From Mobula birostris (taxonomy: Eukaryota): 64,000 nucleotides of DNA. The notes beneath the pieces are model-generated. The model was not told the DNA's origin. It searched no databases and was given only the letters and a program-made list of their open reading frames with translations. Positions within the stretch are counted from its first letter, which is position 1, and each line of letters starts with the position of its first letter. Where the stretch lies: positions 34,501,097-34,565,096 of the forward strand of contig NC_092397.1 in assembly GCF_030028105.1 (NCBI RefSeq), read 5' to 3'. The position numbers were made by a program, and so were the translations under genes. Of this stretch, positions 26,840-40,216 are shown in pieces.

Positions 26840-28330
26840 GTTGTTCATTGACTATAGCTCAGTGTTTAATACCACCAATCCCACAGTCCTGATTAATAAA
26901 CTGCAGAACCTGGTCTCTCTGCAACTCGCACCTCGACTTCCTAACCGGGACACCACAATCTGTGCGGATTAATGGAGACGGGCTAACCCCTATTGACATC
27001 AGTGGATCTAGGGTTGAGACGGTAAACAGCTTTAAGTTCCTCAGCATCAGCATACCCGAGGATTTCACGCAGTCTGCACACACCAGCTGAGTGGTGAAAA
27101 AGGCACAACAGCGCCGCTTTCACCTCAGACGGGTGAGGAAGTTTGCTATGAGCCCCCAAATCCTTACAACTTTCTACAGGGGCAAAATTGAGAACATCCT
27201 GAATGGCTGCATCACTGCCTGGTATGGGAACTGCATCTCCGTTAATCGCAGGACTCTGCAGAGAGTGGTGCAGACAGCCCAGTGCATTTGTAGTTGTGAA
27301 CTTCCCATGACTGAGGACACTTACAACAAAAGGTGTGAGAAAAGGGCCTGAAGGATCACTGGGGACCTGAGTCACCCCAACCACGATGTATTCCAGCTGC
27401 AACCATCCGGGAAACAGGACCGCAGCATAAAAGCCAGGACACACAGGCTCCGGGACAGCTTCTTCCACCAGGCCATCAGACTGATTAACTCACACTGATT
27501 TGAGTGTATTTCTATGTTACACTGGCTGTTCTATTTATTATAAATTAATATAAATTACTATGATTGTAAATTGCACGTTTAGACGGAGATGTAACAAAGA
27601 TTTTTACTCATGTACATGAAGGATACAAGAAATAAAGTCAATTCAAATTCAAATTAATATCTCCTCCTTGCTGACAATCAACACTGACACTGGTGCACCT
27701 CAGGGATTGTGCTTAGCCGACTGCTCCACTCCCCCTCTACCCATGACTGTGTGACTAAGCGTAGCTCAAAAGCCGTCCATAAATATGCTGGATACAACCA
27801 TTGCTGGTACAATCTCAGATGGAGAGGAGAGGACTTACAGGAGCAAGATATACCAGCTAGTTGAGTGGTGTCGCAGCAACAACCTTGTGCTTAATGTCAG
27901 TGCGACAAAAGAGCTGATTGAAGGAAAGGTAAGATGAGGGAACACAAACCAATCCTCATAGAGGGATCAGAAGTGGAGAGAGTGAACAATTTCAAGTCCC
28001 TGGATATCAATATCTCCGAGGATCTAACCTGGTCCCAACATATCGATGCAGCTACAGTAAAATGAAGGCATGACAGCAGATATGTTTCATAAGGAGTTTG
28101 AAGACATTTGATTTCTCAATTTAAAACAGACAAAACTGCTCTAGATGTATTCTATATATGTTATTTCTGTTTTTGCACTGTTTTCAATCTACAAAATAAA
28201 CATATCCATACACACACATACTGTAATTTATTTATTCTTTCTATATTATCATGTACTGCATTGAACTGCTGTTGCTACATTAACAAATTTCATGACACAC
28301 GCCGGTGGTAATAAACCTGATTCTGGTTCT
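26840..28330 (+). mobile_element. Rex1/Babar-type LINE fragments (nested; 3' end with AATTC-type tail near 27650)
   Basis: 27091-27351 KAQQRRFHLRRVRKF...ILNGCITAWYGNC. Confidence 0.75.
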
Positions 28331-28759
28331 GACTCTGAATTCATCCCCACAGACGGCTGTGGCCAATTCACTGGGTATATCTAATGTGGATGTTCTTGAT
28401 TATGGGAGGGGGTTTTGAGAGGGATAAGGATCAGTGATGGTCTCTTGAATGACCTGCCAGAGGAGGTGGTGGAGGCAGAAACACAAAGTCTCTGTTCATG
28501 AACACTTCTCAGGAACCTGTCATTCACTGTGTACATCCTGTCCTGGTTAAACTTCCCAGTGCTGGGTCCACTGCTGTTTTCCATCTGTATTAACAATCTG
28601 GATGAGAATGTGGTAAACTGGATCAGCAAGTTTGCAGATAACACCAAGATTAGGGGTGCAGTGGACAGCAAGAAAGGCTAGCAAATATTGACATGGGACG
28701 TTGTCCAGCTGTTACAATGGCAGATGGAATTTAATGCAGACAATTATGAGGTGTGTGCA

Positions 28760-31700
28760 ACAAAAGTTTAACGAGAGAAATGTGTGGTTTAAAGAGGATG
28801 AGGAAAAGCAAGAAGGCTGCGAGTGGAACGGCTCAGGATTTCCAGACCGAAGGTATTTTACTACTCGGAGTAAAGAGAGGCAAGACTGCACAGGCGCGTG
28901 ACATCAGCCAGTAGAGCGGGAAAAGGTTAAAAAGAAGAGCGCCATATCCAGCGGGCAGCAGAGTGAGAGGGCTTTGGCTCAACTGGCTTAGGTGATAATG
29001 AGGCGAGGTAGGTTTACCTGCGTTAATTGCGGAAAGGAAGTATGTGTGTGACACCGGTGTTCTGTGCTCGGTGTCAGATGTGGAAAGTTCTGGAGTCTCC
29101 CAGCTTCGTGGACGGGAATATCCACACCCGGTGTGTTGAGCTGCGGCTCCTAAGGGACCGCGTGAGGGAACGGGAGTTGCAGCTCGTTAACCTTTGTCTG
29201 GTCAGGGACAGCGACGAGGTGATAGAAGGGTGATCACACCGGGACCATAGGAGACAGACAAGTGGTTAAGAGTCAGGAGAGGGAAGGGGAAGAGTCAGGT
29301 ACCAGAGAGTAGCCCTGTGGCTGTCCCCCTGAACAATAAGTACTCCTGTTTGAGAACTGTTGGGGGGGGCAGGGTGGGACAGTCTACCTGGGGGAAGCAA
29401 CAGCAGCCGAGCCACCGGCACAGAGCCCGGCCCTGTGGCTCAGAAGGGTAGGGAAAGGAAGAGAAAGGCCGTAGTGATAGGGGACTCTTTAGTTAGGCAC
29501 TCTGTGAATGCAGGAAAGAAACACGGATGGTAATTTGCCTCCCAGATGCCAGGGTCCGGGAAGTTTCAGATCGCGTCCAAAATATCCTGCAGTGGAATAG
29601 AGAACAGCCAGACGTCATGGTACATAATGGTACAACTGACATAGGTAGGAAAAGGGTGGAGGTCCTGAACACAGTCTACAGGGAGTTAGGAAGGAAGTTA
29701 AGAAGCAGGAGAGCAAAGGTAGTAATCTCGGGATTACTGCCTGTGCCACGGGACAGTGAGTATAGGAATAGAATGAGCTGGAGGATAAATGAGTGGCTGA
29801 GGGATTGAAGCAGGGGGCAGGGATTGGGATTTCTGGATCATTGGGACCTCTTTTGGGGCAGTTGTGACCTGTACAAAAAGGATGAGTTGCACTTGAATCC
29901 CACAGGGACCAATATCTTGGCAGGGAGGTTTGCTACTGGGGAGAGTTTAAACTAGAACTATTGGGGGGTGGGAACCGAACTGAAGAGACTGGGGAAGAGG
30001 CGGTTGGCTTACAAATAGAGAAAGCTTGGAGATGGTGTGTGAGGGAGGACAGGCAAGTGATAGAGAAGGTACGTGCTCAGACCAACGGTTTGAGATGTGT
30101 CTATTTTAACGCAGGGAGTATTGTGAACAAAGCGGATGAGCTTAGAGCATGTATCACTACTTGGAGCTATGATGTGGTGGCCATTACAAAGACTTGGATG
30201 GCTCAGGGACAGGAATGGTTACTTCAAGTGCCAGGTTTCAGATGTTTCAGGAAGGACAGAGAGGAAGGCAAAAGAGGTGGGGGCGTGGTACTGTTGATCA
30301 GAGATCGTGTCATGCCTGCAGAAAAGGAGGACGTCATGGGAGGATTGTCTACAGAGTCTCTGTGGGTGGAGGTTAGGAACAGGAAGGGGTCAATTACTCT
30401 ACTGGGTGGTTTTCATAGGCCACCCAATAGTAACAGGGATATCGAGGAGCAGATAGGGAAAGAGATCCTGGAAACGAGTAATAACAACAGAGTTGTCGCG
30501 GTAGGAGATTTTAATTTCCCAAATATTGATTGGCATCTTCCCCGAGCAAGGGGTTTAGATAGGGTGGAGTTTGTTAGGTGTGTTCAGGAAGGTTTCTTGA
30601 CACAATGTGTAGATAAGCCTACAAGAGGAGAGACTGTACTTGATTTGGTATTGGGAAATGAACCTGGTCAGGTGTCAGTTCTCTCAGCAGGACAGCATTT
30701 TAGAGATAGTGATCATAATTCTATTTCCTTTACAATAGCATTGGGAGAGATAGGAACAGACAAGTTAGAAAAGTGTTTAATTGGAGTAAGGGGAATTATG
30801 AGGCTATCAGGCAGAAACTTGGAAGCTTAAATTGGGAACAGATGTTCTCAGGGAAAGGTACGGAAGAAATGTGGCAAACATTCAGGGGATATTCGTGTGA
30901 AGTTCTGCATAGGTACGTTCCAATGAGACAGGGAAGTTATGGTAGGGTACAGGAACCGTGGTGCACAAAGGTTGTAGTAAATCTAGTCATGAAGAAAAGA
31001 AAAGCTTACATAAGGTTAAGAGAGCTAGGTACTGTTAGAGATCTAGAAGATTGTCAGGCTAACAGGAAGGAGCTTAAGAAGGAAATTAGCAGAGCCAGAA
31101 GGGGCCATGACAAGGCCTTGGTAGGCAGGATTAAGGAAAACCCCAAGGCACTCTACAAGTATGTGAAGAGCAAGAGGATAAGACGTGAAAGAATAGGACC
31201 TATCAAGTGTGACAGTGGGAAAGTGTGTATGGAACCGGAGGAAATAGCAGAGGTACTTAATGAATACATTACTTCAATATTCACTACAGAAAAGGATCTC
31301 GATGATTGTAGGGATGACTTGCAGCGGATTGAAAAGCTTGAGCATGTAGATATTAAGAAAGTGGATATGCTGGAGCTTTTGGAAAGCATCAGGTTGGATA
31401 AGAGGCCGGGACCAGATGATATGTACCCCAGGATACTGCGGGAGGCGAGGGAGGAGATTGCTGAGCCTCTGGCGATGATCTTTGCATCATCAATGGGGAC
31501 AGGAGAGGTTCCGGAGGACTGAGGATGTTGTTCCCTCATTCAAGAAAGGGAGTAGAGATAGCCCAGGAAATTATTGACCAGTGAGTCTTACTTCAGTGGT
31601 TGGTAAGCTGATGAAGAAGATCGTGAGAAGCAGGATTTATGAACATTTGGAGAGGTATAATATGATTAGGAATAGTCAGCATGGCTTTGTCAAGGGCAGG

Positions 31701-32959
31701 TTGTGCCTTACGAGCCTGATTGAATTTTTTGAGCATGTGACTGAACACATTGATGAAGGGAGAGCAGTAGATGTAGTGCATATGGATTTCAGCAAGGCAT
31801 TTGATAAGGTACCCCATGCAAGGCTTACTGAGAAAGTAAGGAGGCATGGGATCAAAGGGGACAATGTTTTGCGGATCCAGAACTGGCTTGCCCACAGAAG
31901 GCAAAGAGTGATTGTAAACGGGTCATATTCTGCATGGAGGTCGGTGACCAGTGGTGTGCCTCAGGGATCTGTTCTGGGACCCTTAATTTTTGTGATTTTT
32001 ATAAATGACCTGGATGAGGAAGTGGAGGGATGGGTTAGTAAGTTTGCTGATGACACAAAGGTTGGGGGTGTTGTGAATAGTGTGGAGGGCTGTCAGAGGT
32101 TACAGCGGAACATTGATAGGATGCAAAACTGGGCTGAGAAGTGGCAGATGGAGTTCAACCCAGATAAGTGTGAAGTGGTTCATTTTGGTAGGTCAAATAT
32201 GATGACAGCATATAGTATTAATGGTAAGACCAAGGCAGTGTAGAGGACCAGAGGGATCTTGGGGTCAGAGTCCATAGGACGTTCAAAGCAGCTGCGCAGG
32301 TTGACTATGTGGTAAGGAAGGCATACGCTTCATTGGCCTTCATCAATCGTGGAATTGAACTTAGGAGCCGAGAGGTAATGTTGCAGCTCGATAGGACCTT
32401 GGTCAGACCCACTTGGAGAACTGTGCTCAGTTCTGGTCACCTCACTACAGGAAGGATGTGGAAACCACAGAAAGGTGCAGAGGAGAATTACAAGGATGTT
32501 ACCTGGATTGGGGAGCATGCCTTATGAGAATAGGTAGAATGAACTCGGCCTTTTCTCCTTGGAGCGACAGAGGATGAGAAGTGACCTGATAGAGGTGTAT
32601 AAGATGATGAGAGCATTGACTCTGTGGATAGTCAGAGGATTTTTCCCAGGGCTGAAATGGCTGCCACAAGAGGGCACAGGTTTAAGGTGCTTGGGAGTAG
32701 GTACAGAGGAGATGTCAGGTTAAGTTGTTTTTTTCTCTTTATTTTAAATGCAGAGAGTGGTGAGTGTATGGAATAGGCTGCCAGCAATGGTGGTGGAGGC
32801 TGATACGATAGGGTCTTTTAAGAGACGTTTGGATAGATACACGGAGCTTAGAAAGACAGAGGGCTATGGGTAACCCTAGTAATTTCAAAGGTAGCTACAT
32901 GTTTGGCACAACTTTGTGGGCCGAAGGGCCTGCATTGTGCTGTAGGTTTTCTATGTTTC
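28760..32959 (+). mobile_element. Near full-length CR1 LINE (ORF1 Zn-finger plus SGNH esterase; ORF2 APE endonuclease plus RT), disrupted by frameshifts and stops
   Basis: 29027 CARCQMW..., 29527 esterase, 29961-30830 APE (GDFNFPNIDW, SDHN), 31581-32243 RT (FADDTK), TTTTCTATGTTTC tail. Confidence 0.92.
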
Positions 32960-33989
32960 CTTTCTCCCCAGAGGGAGGTTACAATCTGGAACACAGTCTG
33001 AAGGGGTGATGCAGGCTGGTATTTAAGGAGCATCTGGATGAGCATTTGAATCACCAAGGCAGGGTAGAAGACAGACCAAGTTCTGAGTTAGTGGAGACAG
33101 ATTCTCGATGGTCAGTATGGACATGCAGAAATCACTGACAGTGAAAGTGCAATGGGAACCTGAAACACAGAACTTCAGGATGGTCATACCTAAAACATTC
33201 AGTACCCAGTATGATGGGATTGTTGTTGTACAAAGGAATTAATGGTCAAATACTGAACCAACCCCCTCAAAAGGCTACCAAAATGCTGTCATTCCCTATG
33301 CACCAGTAACAATAGTTTTATATGGGAATTTGGTGAAGTACTCTGGGTGATATTAGGAGAGATGGCTGATAGCTTGGTCACGGTGGGAGGGTGCAAATGT
33401 CTTCTCAGAGGATAAGGGGTTCAGTGGAACAAGCTCACAGTTGAGAATGAAGGTGACAAACCCCACTGCAGTGGAGGACTGCTGAGGTCAGTGTTGTACT
33501 GGATAGAAACAGACCCTCTGGCCCATCACATTTATGCTCCCCATCATGCACAGCTGTACTAATCCCACTTTCCTGCATTAGTTTCATATCCCTCTGGGCC
33601 TTGCTCACTGAAGCCCCTGTGCATGTGCCTCTAATATTGTTACACAGTTCCCTGTACGTGGCATCACAGGTAGACAGGGTTGTGTGTTCTGCTTGCCTCG
33701 ACAGTCAAAGAACTGCCTCTCATTAGAGTAGGACAAAACTGTTTAAAGACGGATTCAAAGGGGATCTGAGGGGTAAATATTTCACACAGAGAATAACTGG
33801 CATCCGGAATTAACTCCCAAAATAGAGTCACTGGTTTATACAGAAATGAAACAGTCCCTTCGGTACAACTCATCCACGCCGACCAAGATGTCGACCTGAA
33901 CTCGGCCCATCTGCCTGCATTAGCCCGTATCCCTCTCAACCTTTCCCATCCATGTGACTGTGCAAATATGTTTTAAATATTGTACCTGA

Positions 33990-34260
33990 GGCAGAGAGCC
34001 GGTGCAGTGAGGCGCTGACAGACACTCACTGTTCCGCGGGCAGGAAGAGGAGAGGCCGAAACCCCAACAAGTGGAGACCGGCTCCACCACCCCGGACTTA
34101 CCGCCCACCACGGCCCGTTCCCCAGGAAACGACGTCGCTAAAGGTGGGGCTTTGTGACGTCAGCGCGTCACGGGGTAACAATCACAACGTGTCACGTGAC
34201 AGTGACACGGCAGGCGGGGCAGAGGGAGCTGTCAATCAGCAGAGCGGCTGAAAAACTTGC
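33990..34260 (-). promoter_or_regulatory. CpG-rich promoter and first-exon module of an unidentified minus-strand transcript
   Basis: CRE TGACGTCA 34155-34162, GTCACGTGAC 34191-34200, GC-box, CTGTCAATCA 34229-34238, donor GCG|GTAAGT at 34096-34101. Confidence 0.55.
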
Positions 34261-34559
34261 GACCATTGTAAACAGAATGGGGAGAGCGGGAGATTTCCAG
34301 GGACGTGACCCACTCCCCCATTCCCTGGAATTGAGTGTGTTATACACAGTAATATTCATATTGTAATTTAGCTCTTCGATCTTATAAATATGTCATGTTT
34401 GTATTTTCTATATTTTTGTGTGGATAATCTTTTTATAATTTTGGATGAAATATGTTGGAACTGGATCATGATAAAAGAGCATCACGGAAAAATATTGTCA
34501 AAGCCAAAATTTTATCCAAAGTAAGTTGTTATCACACTGCGCATATGTCACCATATTGT

Positions 34560-36790
34560 TCAAAGTTCAAATTCAAATGTATTCTCACAGACAACCCCGA
34601 GAATCTTGTTCTGCAGATATTCTTGGCAAATCTATAGAACAGTAACTGTGAACTGTAAATATGAGGAACTATAAACTGTAAACAAATTGTGTAAATGCAG
34701 AGAAATAAATAGCAATAAATTACAAGCATGAAATAACGATATAACAGTGGTGACATGAGTGTTTTGCTCAGGACACTGATGGTTGAGGGGTAGTAACTGT
34801 TCTTGAACCTGGTGGGGCGAGTCCTGAGATACCTGTACCTTCTACCTGATGGTAACAGTGAGAAAATATCGTTGCCTGGGTGGTGAGGATCTTTGCTGAT
34901 GGACACTGCTTTCCTACGGCAATGTTTCATGCAGATGTGCTCAGCGGTTGTGAGGGTTTTACCTGTGATATACTGGGCCGAATCCACTACTCTTTGCAGG
35001 ATTTCCCACTCAAAGGCATTGGTGTTCCTGTATCAGGCCGTAATGCAGCCAGTCAGCACACCTTCCACCACACATTTATATAAGTTTGCCAAGGTTTTCA
35101 ATGACATGCTGAACGTCCGCAGAGTCCTGAGGAAGTAGAGCGCTGTTGTGGTTTCTTCACAATTATATTTATGCGATGGGTCCAGGACAGATCCTCTGAG
35201 TGAGTGACACACGTGCATTTAAAGTTACTGACCCTCTCCACCTCTGATCGTCCTTTGATTACTAGCTCATGGACCTTTGGTTTCTCCCTCCTAAAGTCTA
35301 CAATCTGTCCCTTGGTCTTACTGACATTGAGTGAGGGGTCGTTGTTATTACACCACTCAGCAAAGTTTTCAATCTCTCTCCTGTTTGCTGATTCATCACC
35401 ACCTTTGATTGTCGTGTAATCAGCAAACTTGTATATGGTGTTGCAGCTGTATTCAGCCACACAGTCATAGGTGTAAAGTGAGTAGAGCTGGGGGCTAAGC
35501 ACACTTCCTTGTGGTGCTCCTGTGCTGATAGAGATTGTGGAGAAGCTGTTTTTGCTAATATGAACTGACTTGGATCTGCACCTGAGGAAATCCAGGATCC
35601 AATTGCACAAGGGGGTATTGAGGCCCAGGTCTGGGAGTTTACTGATCAGTTTTGAGGGGATGATGGTGTTAAATGCTGAGCAGTAATCAATAAAGGGCAT
35701 CCAGATGTTTGCATCTTTGCTGTCCAGATGTTCCAGAGTTGTGTGAAGAGACAACGAGACAGCATCTGCTGTTGCTTCAGTAGGTGAATTGGAGAGGATC
35801 CAAGTCACCATTCAGACAAGAGCTGATATGCTTCAACACCAGCCTCTCAAAACACTTCATCACTGTGGATGTAAGTGCCACTGGGCAATAGTCATTTAAA
35901 CAGGTTACCACGCTCCTGTTGGCCACCGATATGATTGAAACTTCCTTGAAGTAGATGGGTTTCACACACTGCCAGATCGAGAGGTTGAAGGTATCTGTGA
36001 ATACACCAGCCAGCTGGTCAGCACAGGTCTTCAGTACTCGGCCAGGTACTCCATCCAGACCGGATGCTTTCCTTGGATTCACTCTCTTGAAGGCAGCCTG
36101 CACGTCATCTTCAGATACTGAGACCAAATGACCATCGGGAGACATGGGGGTGCGCGATGGTTCCTCCCTCTTCTGGTGGACAAAGTGAGTACAGAAGGCA
36201 TTGAGCTCATCTGTCCCCTTTGTCACTATTTACCTTTGCAGGACATTCTGGCATTCAAACTCTGCTGCCGCTGTCAAGCATCTCTCTTTTATTCCAGTCT
36301 AGTCCGGAATCTCCACTTTGCCAAAGAGATGGTTTCTGGAGATCATACCTGCACCTCTTGTAGCATTCCTGATCTCCAGACTTGAATGCCTCTGACCTGG
36401 CACTCAGCAGGTTCCTGATCTCATTGCTCATCCAGGCCTACTGATTTGGGAAAAGCCTGAATGATTTTGTGGGGACACACGACTCCACAGCTGTTTTAGT
36501 AAAGTCTGTAGTGACCCCGGTGTCGTCCTTCAGGTCCTGAGATGAGTTCATGAACATGGCTCAGCCTGCTGACTCAAGGCAATCCTGTAACCGTTCCTCT
36601 GCCTCCCAACACCACCCCTCGGTTATCTTGATCTCTGAAGCCTTGTTCCTTAGGCTCTGTCTGTGTGCAGGTAGGAGGAGTACAGTCAAATGATCCAACT
36701 TAACGAAATGTGGTCTTAGGAGCAAACGATAGACATTCCTTATCGTAGTGTAGCAGTGGTCCCCTGTGTTGGGACATCTGGTGCAACAGG
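34560..36790 (-). mobile_element. Rex1/Babar-type LINE (endonuclease C-terminus, RT, 3' end), degenerate
   Basis: 35777-36226 and 35098-35811 (FIDYCSAFNTIIP, STGAPQGSVLSP, KFADYTT), 34532-34987. Confidence 0.88.
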
Positions 36791-36940
36791 TTACTACTTT
36801 CAGATTAATTTTCTTTCAGGCATTTACAGGGAAATGAAGACAGTGGAATTTAGGAAAACTATAAACAGCAAAGACTGAACAGACAGCCAATGTGCAAAAG
36901 AAGACAAATAATGCAAATACTAAAACATAAATATTACTGT

Positions 36941-37040
36941 GTCCTGACGAAGGGTCTGGGCCTGAAACATCGACTGCTCCTCTTCCTAGAGATGCTGCCT
37001 GGCCTGCTGCATTCACCAGCAACTTTGATGTGTATTACTG
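36941..37040 (+). mobile_element. Penelope pLTR fragment with hammerhead motif (36941-36974)
   Basis: GTC-CTGACGA-A-GGGTCTGGGCCT-GAAA-CATC-GAC followed by the shared GATGCTGCCTGGCCTGCTG arm. Confidence 0.65.
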
Positions 37041-37094
37041 TGCAATTCAGTTGTGGAGTACTTGAAAGTGAGTGTGCAGGATATGCAATTAGTT

Positions 37095-38130
37095 CAGTGA
37101 AGATACCTACACCATTTCAAGAGCATGACTGCTGTAGAGTAACAACTCTTCCTGAACTTGGTGGTGTGGGACCTAAGGCTCCTGTACGTCCTTCCCGATG
37201 GCAGCAGTGGAAGAGAGCATGAGGTGGCTGAAGGATGTTGTTGATGATGGATGCAGCTTTCTTGTAGAAGTGCTGCTTGTAAATGTACTGAATGATGGGG
37301 AGGGCTTCGCCTGTGATGTACTGGGATGCATCCACCAGTTAGAAACATGGAAAACCTACAGCACAATACAGGCCCTTCGGCCCACGATGCCGTGCCAAAC
37401 CTCTACCTATTTTAGAAATTACCTGGCATTACCCAGAGCCCTTTGTTTTTCTAAGCTCCAAGTACCTATCCAGGAGTCTGTGAAAATACTCTATTGTATC
37501 TGCCTCCACTACCTTTGCCGGTAGCCTATTCCACACACTCACCACGCTCTGGTAAAAAAAATTACACCTGACATCTCCACAAATTTCTTGTAGACATTTT
37601 CCTTTCCATTCCTGATCATTGTGTTTCCATATCAGGCCATGATGAAACCAGTCAGGTTACTCTCCACTCTGCATCTATATCTGTCAAAGTTTCAGATGTC
37701 ACGCTGATTACACGCAGGCAGAGTCACTGCCCTGCCTGCTTTATAGTGACACTTACTGCTAGTCCCAGGACAGACCCTCTGAAATGATAATGCTCAGAAA
37801 TTTAATGTTACTGACTGTCTCCACCTCCAGTCCCCTGCTGATGACTGATCCGTGGACGTCCGGTTTCCTGCCCCTGTGGTCAGTGATCTGCTGATATTGA
37901 GTGAGAGGTTGTCGTTGTGGCACCATTCAACCAGATCACACATCTCCCTCCTGAGGGCAAATTTGTCACCACCTTTGATTCACCCAACAACAGTGGTGTC
38001 ATCTGCAAACTTAAATATGTCATCGGGGTTGTACTTAGCCACACAATCACAGGTATAAAGTGAGTAGAGTCGTGGGCCAAGCACAACCTTGTGGTGCACC
38101 AGTGCTGACGGTGATTGCGGAGGAGATGTT
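37095..38130 (-). mobile_element. Rex1-type LINE fragments interrupted by a CR1 3' end (about 37340-37575)
   Basis: LLPSGRTYRSLR motif; TAGAAACATGGAAAACCTACAGCACAATACAGGCCCTTCGG CR1 tail. Confidence 0.65.
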
Positions 38131-39710
38131 GTTGACTTTGAATGCAAAGTCTTCATCGTGAAGGGAAATAGAAATTACAACTGAGAAAGAAGATTACATT
38201 AAAATCAGCAAAATATAAGAATGAAAATTAGTTACTTTTCTCACAGAAATGTGAAAATAGGGGCCCGCTTGTCCATGCTGACATTTGTCAGTCCGCAAGG
38301 AGTATTGTGAGCAATGCTGGGCCCTTTATCCAAGGAATGATGTGCTTGCATCAGAGAGGGTCCAGAGCAGGTTGACGAGAATGACCCCGGGAATGAAAAG
38401 GTTAACATATTAGGTGCATTTGATGGCTCTGGGCCTGTACTTGCTGAAGTTCATAAGAATGAGAAGAGAGTGACATTATAACCACTTGAGTGAACGTGGA
38501 GTGGATGTTTCCTGTAGTGGGTTCGTCCAGCACCAGATGGCACACACTCAGAGTAGAAGGATGTCTCTTCAGAAAAGAGATAAGAAGACATTTCTTTAGC
38601 CAGAGGGTCAGGTACAAGTTCACACTCTCCCTCCCCTACAATATCCCAGTTGTCAGACCTGTGTCCAATCACGTCACCTGTATCTACCCCTTTGTAGACT
38701 CCTCACCGCTCTTCACAACTCAGTTCCCATCAGTGTTTGTGATCAGCAAGTTCAGAAATCACGGTCAGCTCTCATTTTCCCCAACTCCCTGTGATGGAGC
38801 GGCTTATCAAACGTGTCCTGGACATCTTGGTTCAGTGCATTCCTGGGACTCGTTGTCCACAGTTGGTGTTACAGCTTCAAACACTCAAATGTATTTGTTA
38901 AACATAGAATCTCTTTCACCAGAGTCTGTTAACTTTGGCTGATGGTTTTGTAAGTTGGCAATAATTTCCTGCTTTGCTACAGCCCCAAATGTTCTCCTAG
39001 TACAAGTGGTGAACTGGCAGGTCTGGAGTTTCCTGTTTTCTGCTTTTGCTTCAGACTGCAGAATCTGCAGTTTCTATTGTAATTTTTTACTTCTCTTCTA
39101 TTTACCTATTTTTCTCCAATTTGGAGCAAAGGAGTTACTCAAAGTGCTCTTCCCTCCAGACACAGACTGGTTTGGAACCCCGTCGTTGTTTCCATCTCCT
39201 ATCGTGTCTGGATTTTAGTCTCTGATACTCCAGCACTTGGGTCCTGACCGTCCTCACCCAGGTCTGCCGTCACCGACGAAGTTTATTGATACGGTTCATA
39301 TGGGCCTCAGTCAGGCCATTTGGCAAATTGGATCCAGAATTAGCTTTGCAATAGGAGACAGAGTGATGGCAGAGAGTAGTTTTGTGATCAGATGCTGGTG
39401 ACAAGTGTTGTTCCACATGGATCTGTTCTGTGACCTTTGCTGTTTGTGATATAACTGAGTGATTTGGGAGTGGATGTAGGAATCGTGAGCAGTAAGTTCA
39501 CACTGACTGTGAGATGATGGGGTTATTGCTGGTGTGGATGGTCATCTTTGGCTAAAGTGTGACATTGATGTGTTGATGAAATGAGCTGAGACCAAAACAA
39601 ATAGATCAGTTGGTGTGAGAATTGGGATTTCCCATCAAACAACCCCAAAACTCCCACGGGGGAGATCAGAGGGATAATGTGTGTGAACACAACAGTGTAA
39701 TGAAGAGAAA

Positions 39711-40056
39711 GCGACAGCCCTTTCCTCTTCCAGGTTAGTGGCTCTTAAAAGAGCATTTTGTTGTGTTTGCTGCCGAGGCCAGGCTGAGGCTCGCTTCTGG
39801 CGATGCCGCGAGCCAACTGAATATCTTTGGGCACAAGGGTGACTCGCTTGGTGTGGATGGTGCAAAGAGCCCGACCAGGTAAGCCTCGTTAATCTCCTAC
39901 AGGCCTTTGATGGTCGAGCTCTGGAAGCATAGATCGGTTTTGAAGTCCTGCCTGATCTTCTGCACCAGATGCTGGAAGGGAAGTTTGCGGATGAGCAGCT
40001 CGGTAGATTTCTGGTAGCATTGGTTCCCCGTCAGAGTCACAGTGATGGGCCGATAG
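39711..40056 (-). pseudogene. Histone H3 pseudogene (about codon 41 to the end, plus stem-loop 39740-39755 and HDE)
   Basis: [34 protein letters not shown]; indels; the N-terminal 40 codons are missing. Confidence 0.93.
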
Positions 40057-40216
40057 CTCCCCAAGAATACCCACACAGACACCCAGGGATATTCAGTGTT
40101 CCTTTACATTTATCAATTATTTACAGAGTCACAGTGATGGGCCGATAGTGCCCCAAGAATACGTACACAGACACCCAAGAATATTCGGTGCTCCTTTACA
40201 TTTATCAATTATTTTA
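40032..40216. repeat. Two-copy 92-bp tandem duplication spanning the H3-pseudogene/LINE junction
   Basis: CAGAGTCACAGTGATGGGCCGATAG... at 40032 and 40124. Confidence 0.9.
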
